DNA of 64,000 nt from Octopus sinensis (lineage: Eukaryota). A program made the translations under genes and the position numbers. Positions 13,518-25,707 of this stretch are shown one piece after another. The notes below the pieces were generated by a model that was not told the DNA's origin, made no database searches, and saw nothing but the letters and a program-made list of their open reading frames with translations. Position 1 is the stretch's first letter, and the number at the start of each line of letters is the position of its first letter. The stretch is taken from NCBI RefSeq assembly GCF_006345805.1, contig NC_043022.1:7502001-7566000 (forward strand), written 5' to 3'.

Positions 13518-14340
13518 CTTATGTCTGCATATGTGCGTATATGTACTTGCGTATGTATGTAGCATATGTGCATACCTGCATGTATCTATGTATGTGTATG
13601 CAAGTATTTGTTGGTATGCGTGTATGTGTGTGAGTGCGCATGCTCAGTGGTTCAAATCTAATGCATTGCTCTGCCCCAGACCCTATAGTCTCTCCACTCT
13701 GATATTTCACAGTCGATCCTTATTAAATTTAGAAATTTTTCAACCGTCAGAACAGATCAGCCCGGTTTTTATGCGTATTGATTATTTTCTGGATTGCGTT
13801 CCTCAATGTATAACCTCAACCCACACCACCACCACCACGTATATCTGTATCTATATAATTACACATACATAGATGCATACATACATACATACATACATAC
13901 ATACATCCATAAAATCTGTAAAACTCTCCAGAAGTTTGTCATTTAAATATATATGAGCATGTCTAGATATGCATGAGAAGACATACAAAAAACATACAAA
14001 TCTGCGCATATACATACATATATACATACATACATATGTACATACACACATATATACACACATGCATACATACATATGTACATACATACGTACATATGTA
14101 CATACACATACATACGTACATATGTACATACATACATACATGCATACATGCATACATACATATGTACATACATACATACACATGTACATACATACATGCA
14201 TAATACATACATGCATACATACATGCATAATACATACATGCATACATACATGCATAATACATACATACATGCATACCTACATACATACATACATACATAC
14301 ATACATACATACATACATACATACATACATACATACATAC

Positions 14341-14450
14341 CCTGTTGTTGATGTTGAAATTCCAATGAAGTATCTAGGTTAGAAACCGGTTCTTTCTCTG
14401 TTGGCAAAAAAATCTTGCAATAAACTGAATAATGATTTGCATATATAGAT
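14341..14450 (+). mobile_element. Short 3' UTR-only copy of the RLE family in (CATA)n
   Basis: ATTCCAATGAAG..TATCTAGGTTAGAAACCGGTTCTTTC aligns with the 3' UTR of 12263-12665 (ATTCTAATGATGGAGCTTTGTATCTTTGTTAGAGACAAGTTACTTC). Confidence 0.55.
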
Positions 14451-14532
14451 AGAATCATATATACCTAAAAACGTACATACATCACTTCCATCAAAATCAC
14501 AATCACCAACATGGCGGTAACCCTTGAAGGAA

Positions 14533-14913
14533 GCACTCCGTCGGTTACGACGACGAGGGTTCCGGTTTATCCGAATCAACGGAACAGCCTGCTCGTGAAA
14601 TTAAAGTGTAAGTGGCTGAGCACTCCACAGACACGTGTAACCTTAACGTAGTTCTTGGGGATTATCAGCGTTGAACGAGAGTGACAAGGCCGGCCCTTTG
14701 AAATACAGGTACAACAGAAACAGGAAGTAAGAGAGTGAGAGAAAGTTGTGGTGAAAGAGTACAGCAGGGGTCACCACCATCCTCTGCCGGAGCCTCGTGA
14801 GCTTTAGGTGTTTTCGCTCAATAAAACACTCACAACGCCCGGTCTGGGAATCGAAACCGCGATCCTATGACCGCGAGTCCGCTGCCCTAACCACTGGGCC
14901 ATTGCGCCTCCAC
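14533..14913 (-). mobile_element. SINE family C, full length (tRNA-derived head)
   Basis: Minus head GGCGCAATGGCCCAGTGGTTAGGGCAGCGGACTCGCGG...GGTTTCGATTCCC contains A and B boxes. A second head lies at 16192-16350 (+). Confidence 0.85.
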
Positions 14914-15189
14914 ATCGGTAACCCTTGCACCCCCGGGCAATCTAGCTCCCCTCCCCCAGCGCTGTTTCTCTCAACTAAAATCTGTAATATTATCAATAAC
15001 CTTCTTTGGTCTCTGGTGTTAACTACTGATCCAGCAATGTCATGATTAAAGACGTTCCAGCCGTAACCATCTCCAACTATGTTTTCCTCTTGGGCTCCCG
15101 TATCTGGCTACATCAACAGCCTAAAATGATAACTGTTGGGAAGGGATCGGGCTTATGTCATCATCTACGTCGTAATCTTCACGATTACG

Positions 15190-15540
15190 TCAAAATCGCC
15201 ATCATCATCATCATCCACATCACCACCTCCACCACCACTACCATCGTCATCATCACATACCCCCCACCACCACCACTACCATCATCATCATCATCATCAC
15301 CTACCACCACCACCACCACCACCACCACTACGATCATCATCATCACCTACCCCACCACCACCACCACCACCACGATCATCATCACCACCAAGACCACCAC
15401 CACCGTCATCATCATCACCATATTATCTCCTCCTTCCTCCTCATGCTCCACCTCCTCCTCCTCCTCATGCTCCATCTGCTCTTTCTCCTCATCTCCTCCT
15501 CATGCTCCACCTCCTCTTTCTCCTCCTCATCTGCGTGATC
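15190..15540. repeat. (CAC/CAT/CCT)n trinucleotide repeat
   Basis: Direct inspection. Confidence 0.9.
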
Positions 15541-15780
15541 TGTGCTGCAACTTTAGATACAATTAGTAGTACTACTACTAAACAACAGATGTTCAGAAAC
15601 AAACTGTACGAGAAAAACACACTTCCGCCATCAGGCGGAAGTGGGTTCCATATTTTTTTTTTCAAATTGCATCGTCATGTTCTTCCACATGTTAACATAC
15701 ATGTGTGTGTGTATCTATCTATCTATCTACATATATACATGTATATATGGATATGTATATACATATATATATATATATAT

Positions 15781-16000
15781 TTCTTAACTACCCACAAGGG
15801 ACTAAACACAGAGGGGACAAACAAGGACAGACAAACGGATTAAGCCGATTACATCGACCCCAGTGTGTAACTGGTACTTAATCCCGAAAGGATGAAAGGC
15901 AAAGTCGACCTCGGCGGAATTTGAACTCAGAACATAGCGGCAGACGAAATACCACTAAGCATTTCGCCCGGCGTGCTAACGTTTCTGCAAGCTCGCCGCC
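15781..16000 (-). mobile_element. SINE family B
   Basis: Minus head GGCGGCGAGCTTGCAGAAACGTTAGCACGCCGGGCG...GAGTTCAAATTCC. Other copies at 21-148, 12732-12936, 20200-20375, 27376-27605, 35128-35542 and 51238-51470. Confidence 0.85.
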
Positions 16001-16389
16001 TTCACACACACACACACTCGCGCGCGCGCATAGGTAATTATTTGCACGTTGACACGCACACGAACTATTCATGCCAATGAGCGCATGCGCCGACGTAAGT
16101 TTTTACACTTATCACTATCTTATAGATACACACACACAAATGCAAGTAACGGACACCATCGAAATTTATTTATGTTCACCCAAGAAGACATTGTGGCCCA
16201 GTGGTTAGGGCAACGGACTCGCGGTCGGAGGATCGCAGTTTCGATTCCCAGACCGGTCGTTGTGTGTATTTGTTGAGCGGAAACACCTGAAGCTCCATGA
16301 GACTCCGGCAGGAGTTGGTGAAGACTCCTGTTGTACTCTTTCGCCCCACAGAAACAGGGAAACCGGGCCCATGACCTGGCTAAGCTTGT

Positions 16390-16861
16390 GAGCCTAATAC
16401 TTATTCTATTGGTGCCTTTTCACGAACCGTTGAGTTACGGGGACGTAAACACACCAGCATCGATTGTCAAGCAATGTTGTGGGGACAAACACAGATACAC
16501 AAACATATACACACGCGTACATGTATATATATATATATATTATATATAGTAGAAATATGTTACGAAAAGAAAATATAAAATACACGTGGAAATGTAAGGG
16601 TAAAATATGAAAAATCAACGAAAATGCATATTGCAGATAGAAAAAGGCTATTTATGACAGGTACTGACAAATATATACATTTATATATACATACATATAT
16701 ACGACGGGTTTCTTTTAGTTTCCAACTACCAAATCCACTCACAAGGCTTTGGCTGGCCCGAGGCTATAGTAGCAGAGACTTGCCCAAGGGGCCACGCAGT
16801 GGGACTGAACCCGGAACCATGTGGCTGGTAAACAAGCTACTTACCACTTAGCCACTCCTGC
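16390..16861 (-). mobile_element. SINE family A
   Basis: Matches the family A consensus seen at 32173-32610, with an expanded internal AT-rich segment. Confidence 0.8.
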
Positions 16862-16863
16862 TA

Positions 16864-16902
<39 letters not shown>

Positions 16903-16910
16903 ATATATAT

Positions 16911-16965
<55 letters not shown>

Positions 16966-16974
16966 AAGGTATGT

Positions 16975-17160
16975 AGAAAAATACAACATGGACAAGAACG
17001 TATACTCTTAGAAGACGATACAATAAACACGGACAGGACATTCGAAACCCTCATCTTCAGTCAAGAACCGATCATCGTTGGTAATTTCGGCTGATTAATC
17101 TTGAGATTACTAGATCACGGCCAGCCCTCCAAGAAAAACTAAGCAACGAGCATTAGAAAA
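16975..17160 (-). mobile_element. Interspersed repeat fragment homologous to 41885-42020
   Basis: GGGCTGGCCG...CAGCCGAAATTAC...GATGATC(C)GGTTC...GACTGAAGAT is shared. Possibly a Penelope-like terminal repeat. Confidence 0.5.
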
Positions 17161-18082
17161 ACTAAGCTGGGAGCGTAGATTTCCTGGAGAAGGATCGAAT
17201 GCATACGAACACCAGGACAGCAAAAGGGACGAATATAATATATATATATATATTTGGCACTGTCCTCACGTCGTGGATAATTTCTTGCTGTTAAACATGC
17301 AGTGGTGATTTGTTTATTATGATCAAATGTTTGTTCTCTACATGAATTCACTCTGTTCAACAAATGGACATTGTATAAATAGATGCACAGCGTACCAGCG
17401 GTCAGATATCCAAACGTCCAAGTAATCACAGACCAACTGGAGATGAATTGCCTTGCTCAAAAACACGTCAGCTAGCCCGGACCAGGTATCGAAATCACAA
17501 TCTGCAATCGTATGGGCAATGTCCTAACCGCTAGGCCACGTGTCTTCGCTGTGGAAGTATCTAAGGGCTGATGTTCCAAAAGTGTTGTCTAGTTGGTTGA
17601 GGTCTTCGGGCTGTGGTTGACCACAGTGTAGATAACTTATAAAAACCAGCGCTGGATTTATGCTTCAGATGTGACAGTGGTTCAGTGAATGAGCGATAGA
17701 AAGTGTGGAAAGACGGGTTTAACAAACGTAATAATAATAAGGATGGCTTGGAATCTAGGTCATCCGTTTGGGAGGAGTAGATGAGGGTGTTTGGTGGATG
17801 AAATTGATTCTAGAGTGGGAGAATGGCAAAAGAAGAAGAATGGGGTAAATATAGGGAGAGATGGAAATGGATAGTGGTGGGTGGAGCGATTACGTAGATG
17901 AGATAGGGAGAGATGGGTGTGAGAAGAAGGGTGGAGAAGTCGAGTAACAGTGAGAGGGAAAGAGAGATGGTGAAAAGAAGTGACAGAGAGAGGAGGTGGT
18001 GAAAGGAAGTGAGTGAGGGAGAGAGGTGAAAGGAAGTGAGTGAGAGAGGAGGTGAAAGAGGAGGAGATAGGATGATAGGTAG

Positions 18083-18133
<51 letters not shown>

Positions 18134-18248
18134 GAGGCATAGATACAGACAAGCAGTAAGAGTAATACTTAAAAGATCAGGAAACAATTAACAGAGAGAG
18201 AGGGGGGAGATGGGGAGGTGGGGAGAGAGAGGAGGAGAGTAAAGAGAG

Positions 18249-18292
<44 letters not shown>

Positions 18293-18436
18293 GAGAAAGA
18301 TGCAGAGTACGGTATAAACAAACAGAAAGATGGAGTTGGAAACTGATAAGAGATGCACAAATACGAACGTGTGTGTGTGTGTGTGTGCCTGAGTGTGTTT
18401 GTTTGTGTGAGTGTGTGTGTGTATGTGTCCCGAGAG

Positions 18437-18475
<39 letters not shown>

Positions 18476-18766
18476 CTCATGTGTGTGTATGCACGTAATG
18501 ATGCGTATATATTTATATATGAGTGTAATGATGCTGATGCTGATGCTGTCGTTGAGAGAGAGAGAGAGGGACTGCGAAAGAGAGAAAGAGAGAGTGAGAG
18601 GGAGTGAGAGTGAGTGAGAGAGAAAGTTAGTTGTGTAGGGTCAACTGGTTTCAATGACAGATGTCAACGGATGGCACTGACATATGTCATAGAGAGATAA
18701 AGTCTGCTGAAGAAGGGACGAGAAAATGTCACACACACACACACACACACACACACCCACAACACA

Positions 18767-18805
<39 letters not shown>

Positions 18806-19100
18806 CACACGCATACACACACACCACACACAGCTAAACAGTTGTTCACATACATACATACTCACAGACATATATATATATCGTATACAGAAACGGTTTA
18901 CGCTGATACGCAATCACACATCCCTACACAACACATACACACGGACTAAATACAAACAATTGTACAACATGCACACGAATAACCATCCATGCAAATATTG
19001 AATAGCGAATGGCTAAACAACGGGATAATTAAACGAGTGTGGAACTTATGATGGAATAATGTGGCATTTCCCAAACCTATTCGGTTGCGGACACCCTGTA

Positions 19101-19325
19101 TACTCTCTTTTACTCTCTTTTACTTGTTTCAGTCATTTGACTGCGGCCATGCTGGAGCACCGCCTTTAGTCGAGCAAATCGACCCCGGGACTTATTCTTT
19201 TTGTAGCCCAGTACTTATTCTATCGTTCTCTCTTTTGTCGAAACCGCTAAGTGACGGGACGTAAACACACCAGCATCGGTTGTCAAGCAATGCTAGGGGA
19301 ACAAACACAGACACACAAACACACG

Positions 19326-19374
<49 letters not shown>

Positions 19375-19423
19375 ATTGATTCTAGTTTCAGCTCATGAGC
19401 TGTGGCCATGCTGGGCAACCGCC

Positions 19424-19469
<46 letters not shown>

Positions 19470-19656
19470 AATATATATATATATACATAATACGACAGGC
19501 TTCTTTCAGTTTCCGTCTACCAAATCCACTCACAAGGCATTGGTCAGCCCAGGGCTATAGCAGAAGACACTTGCCCAAGGTGCCACGCAGTGGGACTGAA
19601 CCCGGAACCATGTGGTTGGTTAGCAAGCTACTTACCACACAGCCACTCCTGCGTCT
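19101..19656 (-). mobile_element. SINE family A, full length
   Basis: Head, CORE-like block GGCACCTTGGGCAAGTGTCTTC, internal (TA)n and AAAAGAG(A)GTA tail all present. Confidence 0.9.
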
Positions 19657-20971
19657 ATGTACGGTTTTCCAAAACATGTTTAGACTTCAGCGTTTAGCAT
19701 TCAGGTTATTTTGTCAAACGTAATGCCTATTTATTTATTCACATTGTTCTGCATAAATCTATCATTTGCTCATAGATTTGAGGTTTCAATGATGGGATTG
19801 CTTATTTTAGAATGACATTGTAGGGTAGGTGTGAGAAGCCAGACCTGGCCAGTTTGATCAGAAAACAAGGCAGACTAATTGTGCCGGATATGGCCAGTTT
19901 TAAATGCTAAAATATTAACCCTTTGTATTATTATTGTGTCAAATGTAACGCATACTCTTTTACTTGTTTCAGTCATTTGACTGTGGCTATGCTGGGGCAC
20001 TACCTTTAGTCGAGCAAATCGACCCCAGGACCTACTCTATGTAAGCCTAGTACTTATTCTATAGGTCTCTTTTGCCGAACCGCTAAGTTACGGAGACGTA
20101 AACTTGCTAACGATTCAGCTATCTCACCGCCATAGTATTAATAAAAGTTGTTTATAATAACAGCTCAAAGCACAAAATTTTGAAATGATTGGTTTGTCAA
20201 TTACATCAATCCCCCAGTACTCAACTGGTATTTAATCTATAGATCCCGAAAAAAAAAAAAAACAAGGAAAATATCGACTTCGATGGGGTTTGAACTCAGA
20301 ACGTATAAACGATGAGGAAATATGATTTTGTAATTTACCTGGCGTGCTAACAATTCTCCCAGTTCGCCGCCTTCTTTAATGTTTATAATGGCATTAAATT
20401 AAATGAAAATTGTTTGTTTGAAGTGTAATTTATTTATGACTTGTTCTGAAAATTGTAAGTTCCAATGACAGATCGTTCTATGCTGGGTGTTTACCATGGT
20501 AAACAATAACAAGAATTACGTCTCCAACGTAGCGACAAATTGGTCGGTAGATATTTCATATGATGAGATAACTGTTGAGCTTTTGAGATGTGGAAACAAA
20601 GACGGTGGCAGCAATTATAACAATAACAACACAATAACAGCAGTAACAGCAACAAATATGAGATAATATGGCAGCTAGTATGAGACGATACAAGAACTAA
20701 CATGAGAGAATGCTACGACAAACACGAGTCGATACTACAACAAACATAACGACAATACACTAGCTCTAGCAAACATGAGACAATACAACAAACGCAACAT
20801 CTACAAGAGACATGAGGCATTACAACAGACAGAACTGCAAAAACTAAGGTAGCATCCACAACAAACATGAGAGAATACAACAGAGTTGTACCAACAAACA
20901 TGAGGAAATACAACAAACACAGCATCTACAACAAACATGAGGCATTACAACAGAAAGAACTGCAAAAAAAC

Positions 20972-21397
20972 GGATCTTTTCGGTTTGAACGGCAGTTTTT
21001 TCTAGCAGTGTCATATGATATTGTCACCCATAATTATGACCCTAGTATCGATCTCTTGCATTTCAATATGTTTTAGGGTTAGGGTTAGGTGGGGGTGGGG
21101 GGAAGGGTGTTTTTTTTTCTTCAGAAATGTAAATAAACTCAATCTGTTTCTTAAACGAGGGACATATTCATACGGCACAGAATGTTTTTTTTTACCTCAA
21201 TAGACGTCATTGATTGGTTGAAATTGCAGAAATTGAAGAAAGACAACAACAAATATCTTACAAACTACAGAATTTTCTCAAGAAAGCCAAGAGAAAAAGA
21301 TGTTTTATAAACACTTTCTACCAGAAAACGAGGTTTAAAAGTGTTTAGTTACGTGGAAATTATTTAAAAAAAACTGCCGTTCAAACCGAAAAGATCC
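20972..21397. mobile_element. MITE with ~29-bp TIRs and probable 8-bp TSD
   Basis: GGATCTTTTCGGTTTGAACGGCAGTTTTT ... AAAAACTGCCGTTCAAACCGAAAAGATCC. Flanks GCAAAAAAAC / GCAAAAAT compare with the uninterrupted host unit GCAAAAAC at ~20837. Confidence 0.85.
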
Positions 21398-21436
21398 GCA
21401 AAAATTAACGCAGCATCCACAAGAAACATGAAACAA

Positions 21437-21823
21437 TCTCTCTATATATAAACGGCAGTTTGTCTGTGCGTGTTTCTGTGTGTCTGTTTGCTTGTACCCT
21501 CACCCTGACCACGGCTTTCAACCGATTCTGATGAAACTTGACACACACATAGCCCAATGTCATAATTCAAAACTAACGCAGCCAAAATTTTGAAAAGTTT
21601 CCCCAGTTCTGAAAAAAATCGATAAATTCGACATGGGGTCGAGAATCAGAAACACGAACCACAAACTGTCTAGGGGACGCAACTCCATCATTTTTTAACT
21701 CTCAAAAAAGAATTTACCATCATTTTTTTCCATTTTTTTTGCTATTTTTTGGCTATAACTCTCTAAAAATGCTTTATAGTTATTTCCCTTACAAACCTGA
21801 GCAACACCGGGCGATACTGCTAG
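21437..21823 (+). mobile_element. Non-autonomous Helitron
   Basis: A|TC...CTAG|T; near-identical to 269-653. Confidence 0.9.
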
Positions 21824-22250
21824 TACAGCATAAAACACAAAAGCAACAACAAACAAACAACACAACAGCAATAACAAACGCAAAAAGACCAATAAAAATA
21901 ACATGAACAATAATAGATAGACACAACAGAAACAAAATGGGAAACAACAATACTATCATTCACTCCGTTGTCGTCAGGAGTGGCCGTGTGGTAAATATCT
22001 TGCTTACCTGTCTCGTGGAAAGACGTGTTCTCTATGGCGGTGAGTCAAACGTTTTGTTGAACGTTGGATAATTTTTCTGTTGGAATTGTTGAATGTTTAT
22101 TGTTGAATATTTTCGAACTGTTTGGTGAACATTGTCGAACTTTGAAACTTTGAAAATTTCTGTGCTTTTTCCCGGTGACGGGGGAAAGTAATTGTTTGTG
22201 TAAAGCCATTTTTTGCAGTCGTGAACTGTTGAAATATTGAACTTATTAAA

Positions 22251-22681
22251 GCCGTTGTAGGCTTTATTGTCGTGCCCCCCCACCTCACCAGCGAGGGTGG
22301 GATTTGAACTGTAATCCTCATTAAGAGGAAAGAAATATTATAGGTTTCCTGTTTTGGGGACAATCAATATATTATTGCGTGAAAAATTAAATTTTAGCCG
22401 TTGTGGGCTCTATTGTGACACCCGCCCCTAGCGTGGGTGAGATTTGAACTGTTGTCCTCGTTGTGAGGAAAAAATATTATAGGTTTCCCGTTTTTGGGAT
22501 ACTGTATTTTTATTACTGTGTGAAAAATTTAATTTCGAACGTTGTAGGCTTTGTTGTTACGTCTCGCCCCCAGGCGGGGGTGAGATTTGAACTGTTGTCC
22601 TCGTTGAGAGAAAAAAAAAAGTAAAAAATTGTAGGTTTCTGATTTTCTGGGATTAAATTGTGTATAAATTTATTTCGAACG
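22251..22681. repeat. Three ~143-bp imperfect tandem repeats with hairpin plus GATTTGAACTGT
   Basis: Unit starts at 22251, 22397 and 22538. The motif occurs at 22301, 22441 and 22584. Confidence 0.9.
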
Positions 22682-22685
22682 AAAT

Positions 22686-23795
22686 ATGTCGGTCGAAATA
22701 ATTCAAGAAACAAACCAGCTGCATGAGCCAGCAAAAGAGTTCGCGGCAGTAGCCGCAGTATCTTGTAAATATGTAGTAATAGAAACGGAGAAGCTCTCCG
22801 AGCTTTTTGAGAGAATGAAAGAGGAGGGTGGGGACATAAAGATCTCACCCTCCCCTAGCGTTGAAAACAGGAAGAGAAGGACAGTGGTTTACAAAACGTA
22901 CTGTCCTTCTTCTAAAAAAAGTCAAGCACTTCGAAAAGTGCGAAATAGAAAAATGCCTGGCCCCTATATGGAAAAACATAAAATACATAGCGAGGGGCCG
23001 GATATATGGAACAATATAGGCCAGATTTGATACGGCCGAAAAAGCCCAAGAGAATGGCCGGGTCTAGGTATCCAGTGATTCTTGAGGGACGCCTCCCCCC
23101 AAGTGTCATCGGTGCTTAAAGCCTGGCTATATAAGAAAGAACTGTTCTCAAGGACAAAGCAAAGTCTCGGGGCGGTTGACGGAGACCTCTGTAGACGAGG
23201 GAATGAAGGCGGCCGAAGAGGCGGAGGACTCCTCAAAGAAGAGCCGCAAACGGAAGAAGGAGAGCAATAATGGGTGCTCACCGAAGGATCCTGGGGATGA
23301 GGGATGGGAGGCGAATCTCCAGGTCACGGAGAAGACGCACCCACCCCCAGTCGAGAAGAAAAAAAAGAGGAAGAGGAAACGGGACATTGCCGGCAGCCGG
23401 AGACATGACGCCAGAGTGTCACGGAGCCTCGTCGGTTGTGCCACCGGAGCGGGGGGAGACACCATTGGCGGGAATTGTACCGCCAACGGTAAAATTGACC
23501 CCCATCTCCCGGACCCGATGGATGATAAACTGGTGGTCTTCATTTATAGAGGCAGAGAGGTGGAAAAGATAATGAAAGAACACTACGAGGGCCTTTGGTC
23601 TTCACACGGGACCCCAAATAGCCTCCGTAGATAGCTGAGGTCATAACGTTGCGCATGTTTAAGATGCTGGACGGACTAAAAGAGGAATATCGCTCGTGGC
23701 CGGGTGACGCCAACTCGGACCCCGCCGTGATTTTAAACAAAGCATGGGTTATGGCGGAGTACACGGACACAAGCAATTATGAGGTAAAAAATTGA
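22686..23795 (+). pseudogene. Decayed ORF of unknown function (basic NLS-like clusters), possibly virus- or large-transposon-derived
   Basis: ORFs 22686-23030 and 23082-23270 share a frame, separated by two TGA codons in plausible Trp positions. The frame shifts into 23176-23634 (SKKSRKRKKES, EKKKKRKRKRD) and again into ...EVITLRMFKMLDGLKEEYRSWPGDANSDPAVILNKAWVMAEYTDTSNYEVKN*. No recognisable domain. Confidence 0.5.
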
Positions 23796-23915
23796 CAAGA
23801 GGTTAAAAAGCCTCAGTGTTATAATGTGTAAGAGGGCCGGCGCCTCATTTGCAAATGGACTAGTGTTGATTGTATATTGAATATTTTTTGCATGTTAATA
23901 TCTGTAATGGACTAT

Positions 23916-24521
23916 TACTCTCTTTTGTTTACTCTTTTACTTGTTTCAGTCATTTGACTGCGGCCATGCTGGAGCACCGCCTTTAATCGAGCAACTCGAC
24001 CCCGGGACTTATTCTTTTGTAAGCCATGTACTTATTCTATCGGTCTCTTTTGCCGAACCGCTAAGTAACGGGGACATAAACACACCAGCATCGGTTGTCA
24101 AGCAATGCTAAGGGGACAAACACAGACACACAAACACACATATATATATATACATATATACGACGGGCTTCTTTCAGTTTCCATCTACCAAATCCACTCA
24201 CAAGGCTTTGGTCAGCCCGAGGCTATAGTAGAAGACACTTGCCCAAGGTGTCGTGAACTGTTAAAATATTGAACTTACCAACATCGGTTGTCAAGCGATG
24301 TTCGTGGGGGGGGGGGACAGACAGACAGACACATATATATACATATATACATAAATACGACGGGCTTCTTTCAGTTTCCGTCTACCAAATCCACTCACAA
24401 GGCTTTGGTCGGCCCGAGGCTATAGTTGAAGACACTTGCCCAAGGTGCCACGCTGTGGGACTGAACCCGGAACCATATGATTGGTAAGCAAGCTACATAC
24501 CACGCAGCCACTCCTGTGCCT
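23916..24521 (-). mobile_element. Two partial SINE family A copies joined by a 28-bp foreign segment
   Basis: The first copy stops at GCCCAAGGTG (24250). The second starts at AACATCGGTTGTC (24280) and runs through the head at 24521. Confidence 0.8.
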
Positions 24522-24976
24522 ATACTAGAATAGCACAGAAATATGCTAGAAATAGCAGTTAGGTTTCCTTCTAAATACACGTTAGCGTCTTAGAAATACA
24601 CAGACGCAATCTGATAATATTCCCAGATGTGTTACGTTTGAAAACTATGCTGGAGTGTCACGGTTGGAAAACGTACGAATCCACTACCGTTGACCTGGGC
24701 TAAAATAACAACGGCAGACAACAAAAGGACAACATCAACATCGTCATCATCAACAACAACAGCAATAACAACAGCAATAACAACAGGGTTCTGTCCCCAC
24801 ATGTGCAGTTTCATCACACACACACACACACATAAAAAAGATGTAACATGGAACTTTCAAAGAACACGTTCGGTTTTGCAATGAACTATTGATTCTCAAG
24901 AATGAAAGAATAAAAGAATATATTTGTGTGCACGAACGTATGCGTGTGTGCATGTTTATGTGCATATATGATTTAT

Positions 24977-25010
<34 letters not shown>

Positions 25011-25159
25011 GGATACATGTATACATATATGTATGTATGTATATATGTATATGTAATTATATCTTTCCACATGCACAAAACACGTGACTATTATATCAAT
25101 GTGGAGTGTACGTATATACACATAATATATATACATACACACATGCATGTTTGTAATTG

Positions 25160-25191
<32 letters not shown>

Positions 25192-25248
25192 TGTATGTAT
25201 GTATGTGTGTCTGTCTGTCTGTATGTATCTATCTATCTATCTACGTAC

Positions 25249-25284
<36 letters not shown>

Positions 25285-25540
25285 ATATCTATCTATCTAT
25301 CTATCTACCTATCTATCTACCTGTTTTTATATGTGTCTGTGTGTGTGTATATATACACATTACTTATGTGTGTGGGCGTGCATATATTTATATATAGGTA
25401 TAAGCAATACGAATAAAGAGAATGGCAAATATGTAGATAGATAGACAGACAGACAGACAGACAAAGAATTAGATATATAGGTAGATAGATAGTAGATAAA
25501 TATATATATATATATATAAATACATAGATATGTAAGAAAC

Positions 25541-25593
<53 letters not shown>

Positions 25594-25628
25594 AAAGAAG
25601 TGAGACAGAAAGAGTGAGAAATCGAAAA

Positions 25629-25707
<79 letters not shown>

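Larger units (their letters stand above)
20690..21910. repeat. Degenerate AAC-rich minisatellite (AAACATGAG...TACAAC units) hosting two insertions
   Basis: AAACATGAG recurs on both sides of the MITE and the Helitron. Confidence 0.6.

Noticed and set aside
14860-14913. tRNA-like sequences here and at 16192, 17445, 21975, 62331 and similar sites
   Set aside because: They are SINE heads continuing into repeat bodies, with no complete cloverleaf and terminator.
17035-17065. CUGAAGA motifs here and at 3100, 41770 and 41958
   Set aside because: No correctly placed GAAA/stem III; at most fully decayed ribozyme remnants.
19693-19918. Possible piggyBac-like MITE (TTTAGCATT...AATGCTAAA)
   Set aside because: Termini are too degenerate and TTAA TSDs are not intact.
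21070-21092. TTAGGG run as a telomere remnant
   Set aside because: Only ~3 units, lying inside a MITE.
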